Shown here piece after piece: positions 8,133 through 17,524 of a stretch of DNA of 32,000 nt (positions are counted from its first letter, which is position 1; the number at the start of each line of letters is the position of its first letter). The notes under the pieces were generated by a model that did no database searches, was not told the DNA's origin, and saw only the letters and a list, made by a program, of their open reading frames with translations. Made by a program: the position numbers and the translations under genes. The stretch comes from Opitutales bacterium. Lineage in GTDB: Bacteria > Verrucomicrobiota > Verrucomicrobiia > Opitutales > UBA9783. The stretch is taken from positions 23,571 to 55,570 of the forward strand of contig JBKSMP010000024.1 in assembly GCA_046881885.1 (NCBI GenBank), in the 5' to 3' direction.

Positions 8133-8876
8133 ATGAAAAGATTAGAAAATAAAATTGCTTTAGTAACAGGTGCAGGCAGAGGAATTGGTCAAGCAATCGC
8201 AGAACGATTCGCCAAAGAAGGTGCAACTGTTTTATGTGTAAGTAGGACAGCAGCAAATTGCCAGCAAGTTGCAGAAGCTATTATTCAACAAGGAGGTTCG
8301 GCTGTTGCCTTTCCTATGGATGTTGCCGATAAGCAATCCATTCAATCTGTTAGTCAACAAATTTTAGAACAATATCCAATGGTTGATATTTTGGTTAATA
8401 ACGCTGGTATTACCCGTGATAAACTTTTCGTACGTATGGATGATTCGGATTGGGAAAATGTACTCTTTACGAATCTTTTTAGTGCCTTTTACTTGTGTAA
8501 GCAATTTGTCGGTCCTATGACGCGTAAACGCTGGGGACGTATTATTAATGTATCATCTGTTTCCGGAATTATAGGGAATGCAGGACAAGCAAATTATTCA
8601 GCTGCCAAAGCCGGTTTGTTAGGTTTCACAAAGTCTTTAGCTAAAGAATTAGCCTGTCGCTCTATTACAGTTAACGCGATTGCTCCCGGCTTCATTGCTA
8701 CTCAAATGACAAAAGAATTGAACGAAACGATTGTCGAACAAGCAAAAAAATTAATTCCATTAAAACGTTTTGGTGAAGCGGAAGAAATTGCAAACATGGC
8801 TATTTTCTTAGCTTCAGATGAGGCACAATACATTACTGGACAGGTTATAAAAGTGGATGGCGGAATGGTAATGTAA
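8133..8876 (+). CDS. fabG: 3-oxoacyl-[ACP] reductase FabG
   Basis: SDR signatures: TGAGRGIG cofactor loop, NNAG, and YSAAK catalytic Tyr/Lys. Immediately upstream of acpP-fabF. Confidence 0.9.
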   Translation: MKRLENKIALVTGAGRGIGQAIAERFAKEGATVLCVSRTAANCQQVAEAIIQQGGSAVAFPMDVADKQSIQSVSQQILEQYPMVDILVNNAGITRDKLFVRMDDSDWENVLFTNLFSAFYLCKQFVGPMTRKRWGRIINVSSVSGIIGNAGQANYSAAKAGLLGFTKSLAKELACRSITVNAIAPGFIATQMTKELNETIVEQAKKLIPLKRFGEAEEIANMAIFLASDEAQYITGQVIKVDGGMVM

Positions 8877-8944
8877 TCTTTACGCTTGATTTTATAAAAA
8901 AAACAATTACCTTAATAATCGTTCTTTATAAATAAAGTATTATT

Positions 8945-9199
8945 ATGACAGAAACAATAGAACAAAGAATTAAACGTGTCGTTGTTAATACGCTCAACGT
9001 AAAAGAAGAGCAAGTAACTTTAGAAGCATCCTTCCGTGATGATTTAGGTGCAGATTCCTTGGACCAAGTCCAACTTGTAATGAACCTCGAAGAAGAATTT
9101 AAAGACTTAATCGCAGGCGAAATTCCGGAAGCTGATGCAGAGACTTTGAATACAGTCGGAGAAGTCGTAAAGTATATTTCTGACAAAGCTGGAGCCTAA
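8945..9199 (+). CDS. acpP: Acyl carrier protein
   Basis: 84 aa with the phosphopantetheine attachment motif [20 protein letters not shown]. The antisense track ORF 8926..9186 is a shadow. Confidence 0.95.
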   Translation: MTETIEQRIKRVVVNTLNVKEEQVTLEASFRDDLGADSLDQVQLVMNLEEEFKDLIAGEIPEADAETLNTVGEVVKYISDKAGA

Positions 9200-9211
9200 T
9201 AACGAATTTTG

Positions 9212-10462
9212 ATGGAAATGCTGAATGCGAATCGCGTCGTAGTTACAGGGTTGGGGACGGTCAACGCATTAGGTAAAACCGTAGATGACTTTTGGTCAGC
9301 TTTGTTGGCAGGAAAGTCAGGAATAGGTCCCGTTACCCACTTTGATGTTTCCGAATTGCCTACAAAAATAGCATCTGAAATTTCGGATTTTAATCCTGCA
9401 GATTACATGGATGCTAAGGATGCAAGTCGTACAGACCCATATGTCCATTTTGCAGTTGCTGCTGCCAAAATGGCTGCAGAAGATGCACGCTTGTCCGTTC
9501 CAGATGAAGAATCGGACCGTTGTGGCGTCATCATTGGTACGGGTATTGGAGGCATGAAGAACATTGAAGAACAGTCGTTTGTTCTTTTTTCCAAAGGGCC
9601 TCGTCGCGTTTCTCCATTCATGATTCCCTCAACAATTTGCAATATTGCATCCGGTACAGTTGCTATCCATCTGGGGCTACGTGGGCCTAACTTCGGTGTC
9701 GTAAGTGCTTGCGCATCAGGTGCACATGCAATTGGTGAAGCTTTCAATTTGATTAAGCTAGGGCAAGCAGATGTTATGTTGGCAGGTGGTAGTGAAGCCG
9801 CTATTCAAGCGCTTGCTTTTTCAGGATTCTGCTCGATGAAAGCAATGAGCACGCATTTCAATGATACACCAGAACGTGCAAGCCGTCCATTCGAAGCTCA
9901 ACGTGATGGTTTTATCATGGGAGAAGGTGCCGGTATACTTGTCCTTGAATCCTTAGAGCACGCTCAACAACGCGGAGCACGTATTTACTGCGAATTATCG
10001 GGTTATGCTGCTTCTTGTGATGCTTTTCACATAACACGTCCAGAACCTTCTGGCAGGGCTTTAGTAGGATGTTATCGCAATGTTCTAAGAAATGCTCAAG
10101 TAAAACCTGAAGAGGTGGATTACATCAATGCTCATGGAACTTCGACCTATTATAATGATTTGATGGAAACAGCTGCCATTAAGGAAGTTTTTGGTGAACA
10201 TGCTACATCCATTAACATTAATTCCATAAAATCGATGTTAGGGCATCTTTTAGGTGCTGCAGGAGCTGTAGAAGCTATTGCAACCGTAAAGACTTTGACA
10301 ACAGGCATGATTCCGCCAACCATTAATTACGAAAATCCTGATCCTGAGTGTGACTTAAATTATACTCCAAACAAAGCTGTTCAGCGGGATGTAAAGGTCG
10401 CTATTACGGATAATTTAGGTTTTGGTGGCCAGAATGGTGCGCTGTTATTTAAAAAATTTTAG
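9212..10462 (+). CDS. fabF: 3-oxoacyl-[ACP] synthase II FabF
   Basis: RVVVTGLG N-terminus, active-site ACASG, His motifs NAHGTST and KSMLGHLLGAAG, and a C-terminal GFGGQN. The track start at 9209 is a TTG. The ATG at 9212 is used here. Confidence 0.93.
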   Translation: MEMLNANRVVVTGLGTVNALGKTVDDFWSALLAGKSGIGPVTHFDVSELPTKIASEISDFNPADYMDAKDASRTDPYVHFAVAAAKMAAEDARLSVPDEESDRCGVIIGTGIGGMKNIEEQSFVLFSKGPRRVSPFMIPSTICNIASGTVAIHLGLRGPNFGVVSACASGAHAIGEAFNLIKLGQADVMLAGGSEAAIQALAFSGFCSMKAMSTHFNDTPERASRPFEAQRDGFIMGEGAGILVLESLEHAQQRGARIYCELSGYAASCDAFHITRPEPSGRALVGCYRNVLRNAQVKPEEVDYINAHGTSTYYNDLMETAAIKEVFGEHATSININSIKSMLGHLLGAAGAVEAIATVKTLTTGMIPPTINYENPDPECDLNYTPNKAVQRDVKVAITDNLGFGGQNGALLFKKF

Positions 10463-10477
10463 TTGAATAAATGCTTG

Positions 10478-10506
10478 ACGCTGCTTTTTATAAAGCAGCG
10501 TTTTTG
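10478..10506 (+). terminator. Rho-independent terminator after fabF
   Basis: Perfect 10-bp stem ACGCTGCTTT / AAAGCAGCGT (10478-10487 / 10492-10501) with a 4-nt loop, followed by a T-run (10501-10505). Confidence 0.65.
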
Positions 10507-10554
10507 TCTTGCCTATCCTTCAATAAAAGCTTTTTTTGAAGAAAAGGATTTAAT

Positions 10555-11379
10555 GTGACGTATTCTATTTTTGATCCAAAAAAATTTTTGTTAATTGCTG
10601 GTCCTTGTGCTCTAGAATCAGAAGATTTGTGCAGAGAAGTTGCTGCTGTTTTAGCTAAAATAAAAGCTAAACATCGGGATAAAATAGAAGTTGTTTTTAA
10701 GACTTCTTTTGACAAGGCCAATCGTACCGATGTTCACAGTTTAAGAGGGCTTGGTTTAGAGCAAAGCTTGGAAATTTTTTCACAGATAAAAAAAGAATAT
10801 CAATTACTGGTAACCACGGATGTGCATTTGCCAGAACAAGTGGAACGTGTTGCAAGCGTTTGTGATGTTTTGCAAATTCCTGCATTTTTATGCCGGCAAA
10901 CTGATTTGTTGCAAGCAGCAGCCGAATCCAAGCGTACCATTAATGTCAAAAAAGGACAGTTTTTATCGCCTTATGACATGAAGTTTGTGGTTGAAAAATT
11001 GGAATTTTTTGAAGCATCTGAAGTATGGCAAACCGATCGCGGAACTACGTTTGGTTATGGAAATCTCATTGTCGATATGCGTTCATTTGGCATTATGAAA
11101 CAAAACAAGTGTCCTGTTATTTTTGACGCAACCCATAGCTTACAAATGCCGGGTTGTGGCACTCGTTTAACCGGAGGAGATCGGCAATTTATTGCTCCGC
11201 TTGCACATGCAGCTCTTGCAGCAGGGGCCCAAGGTATTTTTCTGGAAACCCATCCAAATCCTGATCAAGCTTGGTCTGACAAGGCAACGCAGCTCGTTTT
11301 AGAACAATTACCTGAGTTTGTAGAAGGTTGTTTAAAATTCTGGGAACTCACCCATTCTTTAACCCCGAATGAAGCCTAA
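10555..11379 (+). CDS. kdsA: 2-dehydro-3-deoxyphosphooctonate aldolase (KDO8P synthase), Cys/metal-dependent type
   Basis: [31 protein letters not shown] and FDATHSLQ are present. [10 protein letters not shown] carries Cys where E. coli has Asn, the metal-dependent class. GTG start preceded by AAGGA. Confidence 0.9.
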   Translation: MTYSIFDPKKFLLIAGPCALESEDLCREVAAVLAKIKAKHRDKIEVVFKTSFDKANRTDVHSLRGLGLEQSLEIFSQIKKEYQLLVTTDVHLPEQVERVASVCDVLQIPAFLCRQTDLLQAAAESKRTINVKKGQFLSPYDMKFVVEKLEFFEASEVWQTDRGTTFGYGNLIVDMRSFGIMKQNKCPVIFDATHSLQMPGCGTRLTGGDRQFIAPLAHAALAAGAQGIFLETHPNPDQAWSDKATQLVLEQLPEFVEGCLKFWELTHSLTPNEA

Positions 11380-12283
11380 AATCATATTTTTTTCTGCAGG
11401 CGAAATTGCTTTGCCATGTTTAAACTATCTGTTGAGGAATACAGCGGTAGAATTAGTAGGTATTGTAACCCAACCAGAACGTCCCAAAGGTCGTGGGCAA
11501 AAAATAAGTTTAAATCCGATTGCACAATGGGCAGAACGGAATCACATTCCTTATTGCCAAGCGGAAAAAATGGATGATTCCGTTTTAGATTGGTTGAAAG
11601 AAAAACAGCCTGATTTAGGCCTTACGATGGCTTTTGGCCATTTTCTAAAGTCCGCGTTTCTAGAACTTCCGCCATTGGGCATGTGGAACTTTCACACCTC
11701 TTTATTACCTAAATATAGAGGAGCATCACCGATTGCTAGCTGTTTACTAGATGGCGCGAATGAAACCGGTGTAAGCTTGATGGCAATGGTAGCGAAATTA
11801 GATGCAGGCCCTTGGATTGCTCAAGAAAAAGTCGAAATTACAAATGATGAAACAAGTTCTACATTGACGTCGAAGTTAGCTCAAGCGAGTGCACACGTAT
11901 TAGAAACGACACTGCCTTCGCTTATCGATAAAACGTACATCTTGCACGAGCAAAATGAAGCCGAGGTTACCTTTACGTATAAGTTTAATAAAGCCGATGG
12001 TTTATTGGATTTTTCAAAACCTGCAATTGTTTTGGAGCGTCAAATTCGGGCGTTTCAACCTTGGCCAAGTTCTTATTTTTTCATAAATGAGCAGCGTTAT
12101 ATTGTCCATAAAGCCCATGTAGAAGCTTCACAAAAGGGTGAAATTGGAACCCTGCATGTAGATCGTACCAACGGTACTTTTGCGATTCAAACGACTGAGG
12201 GTCTGCTTGTTTTCGATGTGATCCAAAAGGCTGGCGGCAAAGCATTAACAACAAAAGAATTTTTAAGAGGAACACAGTTTTAA
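11369..12283 (+). CDS. fmt: Methionyl-tRNA formyltransferase
   Basis: [13 protein letters not shown] and [15 protein letters not shown] motifs. The start overlaps the kdsA stop by 11 nt. Confidence 0.9.
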   Translation: MKPKIIFFSAGEIALPCLNYLLRNTAVELVGIVTQPERPKGRGQKISLNPIAQWAERNHIPYCQAEKMDDSVLDWLKEKQPDLGLTMAFGHFLKSAFLELPPLGMWNFHTSLLPKYRGASPIASCLLDGANETGVSLMAMVAKLDAGPWIAQEKVEITNDETSSTLTSKLAQASAHVLETTLPSLIDKTYILHEQNEAEVTFTYKFNKADGLLDFSKPAIVLERQIRAFQPWPSSYFFINEQRYIVHKAHVEASQKGEIGTLHVDRTNGTFAIQTTEGLLVFDVIQKAGGKALTTKEFLRGTQF

Positions 12284-12284
12284 A

Positions 12285-12854
12285 ATGTATTTACTTACTT
12301 TTTTGATAGGTTATTTTTTAGGAGCATTGCCCTTTGGAGTTTGGGTTGCACGAGCTCATGGTGTATGTATTTTTGAAGTTGGTAGTGGAAATCCAGGCGC
12401 AACCAATGTTTTGCGAACAATAGGGAAAAAGGCCGGCTACACAGTTTTTGCTTTAGATGCCCTTAAAAGCATGCTTGCGGTTGCAATAGGCAGTCATTAT
12501 GGAACCCTCTATTTAACCTTATTAGGAGTTCTTTTAGGCCATAGTTTTTCTTGTTTCGCTCATTTTAAAGGAGGAAAAGGTATTGCTTCTTTGATTGGCG
12601 GACTTAGCTTGATTATGCCATTACCTCTGCTGTCTGGACTTGTTGTTTGGTTCCTTATCTTCAAAATCTTTCGTTACGTTTCATTTGCATCGATTTGTTT
12701 TGTTTTTTCCTTATTGCCACTCTGTTGCTTGTTTTATGGCATAAAAGAAGCTCGTATGCATGCCATCCCTTTGGCGATTTTTACAATCTGTACACTTTTC
12801 TTTCATCGCTCTAACATAAAACGACTTTGGCAAGGAAAGGAACGACGTTTTTAA
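12285..12854 (+). CDS. plsY: Glycerol-3-phosphate acyltransferase PlsY
   Basis: Polytopic membrane protein with GSGNPGATNVLRTIGKK and FKGGKGIAS motifs. Confidence 0.9.
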   Translation: MYLLTFLIGYFLGALPFGVWVARAHGVCIFEVGSGNPGATNVLRTIGKKAGYTVFALDALKSMLAVAIGSHYGTLYLTLLGVLLGHSFSCFAHFKGGKGIASLIGGLSLIMPLPLLSGLVVWFLIFKIFRYVSFASICFVFSLLPLCCLFYGIKEARMHAIPLAIFTICTLFFHRSNIKRLWQGKERRF

Positions 12855-13570
12855 TGGCTCTTTTGGTCAAAAAATTTGGCGGTAGCTTACTTAAAACAGT
12901 ATCGGATTTTGATACAATTGCAGACTATTTAAGTCATTTTTACCAACAAGGACATAAACTAATTGTTGTTGTCTCAGCACCTGCAGGCCTCACCAATAGC
13001 CTGATTGCAGAAGTACATACTCATAAATTTTCCTCCAATAACAAAGCCTTTGATTTATTATTAGCCTTAGGTGAACAAAAATCCTGTGCTTTTTTAGGTT
13101 TAGCCTTAGAAAAAAGGAAAACACCCTTTTCCATCTTCGCGGGCCCACAAGTAGGAATAAGGAAAACAGCTTCTGGACATTGGCAAGTCGATACACAAGC
13201 GTACAAGGATGCAATCCCAAAAGGTATTGTTATTGTAAGCGGTTTTCAAGCGCTTAATGAAGCCAATCAATTGTTTGTTTTTGAACGTGGTGGATCTGAT
13301 TTAACCGCACTCATTCTTGCCCATCAATTGAAGGCAGATCTTTGCGAGCTTTATAAAGATGTTGGTGGAATTTTCAATGTGGATCCTAAAAAAGATGCAT
13401 CCGCAAATCCTTTTTGTAGCATAAGTTTTAATTCCTTAGCATCACTTCTTCAACAAGATGCACCTATTGTACAGCAACAAGCACTTGAATATGCCAAAAC
13501 GTATCAACAATGCTTTTGGGTAAAAAACTTAAATAATCAAGGTACTTTTGTGGGGGATTTGGATAAATAA
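12854..13570 (+). CDS. Amino-acid kinase family protein, aspartokinase catalytic domain only (238 aa, no ACT domains)
   Basis: LVKKFGGSLL...VVVSAPAGLTNSL, GEQKS, ERGGSDLTA and KDVGGIFNVDPKK match the aspartokinase N-terminal domain. The ATG at 12854 overlaps the plsY TAA (TAATG). The track start at 12827 lies inside plsY. Confidence 0.6.
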   Translation: MALLVKKFGGSLLKTVSDFDTIADYLSHFYQQGHKLIVVVSAPAGLTNSLIAEVHTHKFSSNNKAFDLLLALGEQKSCAFLGLALEKRKTPFSIFAGPQVGIRKTASGHWQVDTQAYKDAIPKGIVIVSGFQALNEANQLFVFERGGSDLTALILAHQLKADLCELYKDVGGIFNVDPKKDASANPFCSISFNSLASLLQQDAPIVQQQALEYAKTYQQCFWVKNLNNQGTFVGDLDK

Positions 13571-13660
13571 AACATCTTAGAATTTCTACACAAATATAAG
13601 TATCGGTAGTCTAGAATCAGAAAAAATTTCTTTTACCTAATGCCTAATTTCACTTAAAAT

Positions 13661-14860
13661 TTACCCTTTTACAAACCAAGACTTTAGTTGTTCCCAAAAA
13701 TTAGGTGTTGTTGAATTTGAAGCAGCAATTACTTTTTGTTGCAAGGCGGAATGTAGTAAGCCAAAACACGTTGAATAACTTGGTGATTTCAAGGCTTCAT
13801 CAGAACTTACTAATGGCCCTCTTACGCAACAATCACATCGTAAGCATTGGGCAGCAATCTTTTCGATACCTTTAAGTAAAGCGCCTCCACCGGTTAAGAT
13901 AACACCTGAAAGCAAGGGTTCGTTAAGGCCATTACTTTTTATAAATTTAGCGATATAATCAAATAATTCTTGTGTACGTGCTTGTAGGATCGTACGAAAA
14001 TTCTTCAATTTTATCTTTTTATCCCCAATAGATTGATTGCCTAATACCCAGATTTGCTCATTATCCAAATCGGAAGCGGGAATGCCATGTTCTATTTTCA
14101 AGCGTTCTGCATCTTCACTATGAATGCGCAAGCCTGAACTTAAGTCGTAAGTAAAATTTTGACTACCAACTGGCAAAGTTCCCATAATACAAGGTTGCTG
14201 GCCTTTATAAACTACAAATTCAGTCATTTGAGCGCCGACATCAATAACACAAACGCCATTTTCACGTTCCACCGAAGTGGTTGTAGCCAACGCAGAAGCG
14301 ATTCCAGAAAAGGTCAATTCTTTTACGCGAAAACCAAACTGATTGACGGCATACAATTGATCTTTAATGGCTTGGGCTTTACCAAATAAGCCATTATAAC
14401 AAACACTCAACTGGCATGCTGTATGCCCCATCGGATAGCTTACAATTTCGTTATTTACAATAAAATGCTGCTTAAATTGATGTAAAAAAACGTCACCTTC
14501 TGGGAGTTCTTTTTTCAATGCTAAACGGATAATCTGGGCAATATCGTGCTCATTAATAACATGTTGAAAACCCTTTAGAGACAATGTTGTTTCATACTGA
14601 ACATTACGCATATGATTGCCACTTTGTGAAAGATACAATTGCGATGGTAATGCATGGTATTTTTTGGATAATTGATCAAATAACGCACTTAATACTTGCG
14701 TAAGGGCTTTTGAATCGGTCAAACTTGCTTTACGCATCCCTTTTGAATCTACTTGAGCGTGGCCTATTAAGTTCAAATGTTGATTTCGTACTTCTGCCAA
14801 TAAAAATGTAATCGTTTGCGACCCAAGATCCAATGCACCTAAATAATCTCTTTTTTTCAC
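13661..14860 (-). CDS. ftsA: Cell-division protein FtsA (399 aa)
   Basis: Colinear with E. coli FtsA: LDLGSQT (phosphate 1), ERENGVCVIDVGAQMTEFVVY (phosphate 2, degenerate), AERLKIEHG, GVILTGGGALLKGI and YSTCFGLLHSA. It also has a C-terminal amphipathic helix NFWEQLKSWFVKG, like the FtsA membrane-targeting sequence. Confidence 0.8.
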   Translation of the reverse strand: MKKRDYLGALDLGSQTITFLLAEVRNQHLNLIGHAQVDSKGMRKASLTDSKALTQVLSALFDQLSKKYHALPSQLYLSQSGNHMRNVQYETTLSLKGFQHVINEHDIAQIIRLALKKELPEGDVFLHQFKQHFIVNNEIVSYPMGHTACQLSVCYNGLFGKAQAIKDQLYAVNQFGFRVKELTFSGIASALATTTSVERENGVCVIDVGAQMTEFVVYKGQQPCIMGTLPVGSQNFTYDLSSGLRIHSEDAERLKIEHGIPASDLDNEQIWVLGNQSIGDKKIKLKNFRTILQARTQELFDYIAKFIKSNGLNEPLLSGVILTGGGALLKGIEKIAAQCLRCDCCVRGPLVSSDEALKSPSYSTCFGLLHSALQQKVIAASNSTTPNFWEQLKSWFVKG

Positions 14861-14874
14861 AATATGAACCTTCT

Positions 14875-16557
14875 TTAATGGGATTGACTGCCGACAGACT
14901 GCTTATTTAAATTACTCTGTTGTTGAGGAAAGGGTATTTGTTGTAAATAGGCAAACATATTATCAAATGTCAGCGGAATTTTTATTTCGACTGTAATACT
15001 ATCTGGCTTTGATTGCGTTGTGTAAGTTATTTCAAAAGATGAATTTGACTTGGAAATAAGTGGAACTCCTGCCTTGAAATAACCACTTTTTTGCAAAATT
15101 TGCCCTAAGTTTATAAAAATTTTTTGAACAAAAGGAAGCCTTTCATAAGTCCATTTATTTTTTTCTAAACGATGGATGAGTGCCTGCAAATCTTCCAAAT
15201 TATCGGAGTAAAGAAAATGGTTTTTATAAACACTAAAAACAAAAGGATAGTTTAAGCACATGTTTTCATTGTTAATTCCACAAGAAAGGCCATGTATGGT
15301 ATAATTTTTATCTTTAACAATAGCTTTATCGAGCCGCAAATTTAATGTCCGCAAATGCTCACTCCCCACAAGTTTCTGCTGAATAGCACTCAAAAATTGT
15401 GTCTGCAGGGTTTGTTTTATAAATGTTTCTAAAAAGTTAACTAAAGCTTCATTTGCTTTTTTAGATACTTTAAGTTCTACTAAACCTACATTTTGTAGCA
15501 AAATAAGGTTCTTTTCGCGCTTTAAATTTTGATAACATTGATAATTTCCAGAAAAGTAATCGTTTGAAAATTCAAGAAGTTGTGTAAAAAGTGGATACAA
15601 ACACTTTCCCCAAAGATACATTTGATAAGCGGTAGGATCGTTTTTCCAAAGACTTTCTTGAGTTTTAGCAGCAAAGCTTTCTAGGCAAGTTTTTAGCGCA
15701 TTAAAAGCCTGAAAACCACAAATCTGAATGTCGTCTTCCGCTTCCATTTTTAAGAATTTATGCTGCTTTTTAGAACTTTCTAAAGCTCGAATTAAAGCCA
15801 CCAATGGACTCGAAGGACTAGGATTTACTTTAATCTTACAAACAAAATCATTATTTTCTACATTTACTGAACAAGAAAGGCTATCGATAGCATCTTTGAG
15901 AAAAGTATTGTAAATCGCTTGAAGATAAGGCGGTAAGGTAGCGGTTAAAAAATCACAGGATGTTAACTTAGTCGTTAGGTTTAATAAATCTGTAGATGGT
16001 GTTACCTTTTTACTTAAATAAGGCGCCAAGGATGTTATGTCTTTGGCGATAAGTTTTAGTAAGTCTTTAGATCCATAAAGGTACCAAGTAGCTTGTGTAC
16101 TGGCGTTTTGAAAGGGAATTAAAAGACCATTTGTGCTCGTCGCACCAGCAAGACTTAAATTTCTTACAAGAGGACAATTTTTAGTCGCATGAAAAGCAAA
16201 AACTGGATTATACGTATTTTGATAGTAATGAAGCGCAAAAAAACAAGGTGTTTTCTCACTTAATCCCGGACACTGCATGCTTCCTAAAAAACTAACCGCT
16301 AACATGCTTAAAATAGAAGAAGATTGCGGATAAATATTGTCTGAAACTTTTAAGGCTTGTGTAAGTAAATTTTGCAGTGAAGATGCACTTAAAACCGCAA
16401 AAGGTTCCCTATTGCTATACAGGTGAGCTGAAACCATTTTGGCAATTCCAGGATCGGACTTCACTGGCCTATCATCAATTGCACTCAGTTTAGATTCCCA
16501 TGAAAGCCCCAAAATTAGCAAAAATACAAACAATAACTCCTTTGGATATTTAAACAT
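14875..16557 (-). CDS. Hypothetical exported/membrane-anchored protein (560 aa)
   Basis: Long uninterrupted ORF with an N-terminal hydrophobic signal or anchor (LLFVFLLILGLSWESKLSA). It ends 14 nt before the ftsA start, so it is probably co-transcribed. I recognise no family. Confidence 0.5.
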   Translation of the reverse strand: MFKYPKELLFVFLLILGLSWESKLSAIDDRPVKSDPGIAKMVSAHLYSNREPFAVLSASSLQNLLTQALKVSDNIYPQSSSILSMLAVSFLGSMQCPGLSEKTPCFFALHYYQNTYNPVFAFHATKNCPLVRNLSLAGATSTNGLLIPFQNASTQATWYLYGSKDLLKLIAKDITSLAPYLSKKVTPSTDLLNLTTKLTSCDFLTATLPPYLQAIYNTFLKDAIDSLSCSVNVENNDFVCKIKVNPSPSSPLVALIRALESSKKQHKFLKMEAEDDIQICGFQAFNALKTCLESFAAKTQESLWKNDPTAYQMYLWGKCLYPLFTQLLEFSNDYFSGNYQCYQNLKREKNLILLQNVGLVELKVSKKANEALVNFLETFIKQTLQTQFLSAIQQKLVGSEHLRTLNLRLDKAIVKDKNYTIHGLSCGINNENMCLNYPFVFSVYKNHFLYSDNLEDLQALIHRLEKNKWTYERLPFVQKIFINLGQILQKSGYFKAGVPLISKSNSSFEITYTTQSKPDSITVEIKIPLTFDNMFAYLQQIPFPQQQSNLNKQSVGSQSH

Positions 16558-16699
16558 AAACTCTATATTATGTTAACCTTATTATCGCCAAAGTAAAGCA
16601 AGAAATGGATTGTAATACCTGCTCTTTAGTTGGGGCTTATAAAAAATGAGTAAAAAAGTTTGTCTTTTTATTAAAACCAATCCTTAATAGAATTCATAA

Positions 16700-16784
16700 G
16701 CTTGAGTGGTGAAATTGGTAGACACGCTAGACTTAGGATCTAGTGCCGCAAGGCTTAAGGGTTCGAGTCCCTTCTCAAGCACCA
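16700..16784 (+). tRNA. tRNA-Leu (anticodon UAG), CCA encoded
   Basis: Acceptor GCTTGAG/CTCAAGC, anticodon arm CTAGA-CTTAGGA-TCTAG, a long variable arm, T-arm AAGGG-TTCGAGT-CCCTT, and a 3' ACCA. Confidence 0.9.
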
Positions 16785-16899
16785 ATTAGAGAGAATATTT
16801 TTAACGATTACAAAATTTTTAAATAACGATTCCAGCAAAGCGCTTTATTAAAAAACATTAAATATTAAGCTTGCAAAGCGATCTTTTTTCTTACTAAAT

Positions 16900-17523
16900 A
16901 TGAAGCCTATGGGGTCTGATATTCAGTTTTTTATTGAGATGTATGCAAAATTATTCGCTGCAAGTTCACCTTTAGCAGCAGCAGCAATGTTTCTTGCGAT
17001 AACATCTACTTACACCCCTAAACAACGTTGGCAAACTGCAGTACGTGCTATAAATGTATCGTTTGGAATTCTTTTATTGTGCGCATTTTTTGGAATCGGT
17101 TTGTTAGAAGTTATGGGGGTTAACATGGACGCTTTCCGCATTGCGGGAGGTATTGTAATGAGTTTTATTGGAATGGATATGGTGCGCTCACCTACTACTA
17201 CAGAAGATTCGGCTGCCGCTTCTACACCTCAGCAAGATATTACCGTAACTCCGTTAGCGTTTCCTATTATTTCTGGGCCAGGTGCGATTTCATCGCTTAT
17301 GATTGGCAAAAGTGAAGCTTGTAACTCAGCACAAACTTTGTATGCTTATTTAGGGCTTGTTGCCATTATGCTTACTTTCTACGGTTTGTTCTATATCGTA
17401 TCTTTTAGTTCAAAGTGGTTGAAGCCGGCTTTGGTTCAAATTAGTGCAAAATTGTGTGGTTTAATTCTCTTAGCAATGGCCGCACAGTTTTTTGCCGCAG
17501 GTGTTTTAGGGTTTTTAAGATAG
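16900..17523 (+). CDS. MarC-family (UPF0056) integral membrane protein
   Basis: 207 aa and polytopic. The N-terminal ...LFAASSPLAAAAMFLAITS... and the FRIAGGIVMSFIGMDM motif are typical of the MarC family. Confidence 0.65.
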   Translation: MKPMGSDIQFFIEMYAKLFAASSPLAAAAMFLAITSTYTPKQRWQTAVRAINVSFGILLLCAFFGIGLLEVMGVNMDAFRIAGGIVMSFIGMDMVRSPTTTEDSAAASTPQQDITVTPLAFPIISGPGAISSLMIGKSEACNSAQTLYAYLGLVAIMLTFYGLFYIVSFSSKWLKPALVQISAKLCGLILLAMAAQFFAAGVLGFLR

Positions 17524-17524
17524 C

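Noticed and set aside
16838-16847. Palindrome AAAGCGCTTT and repeated GCAAAGCG downstream of tRNA-Leu
   Set aside because: It is too short, has no loop and no trailing T-run. This is insufficient for a terminator or operator call.
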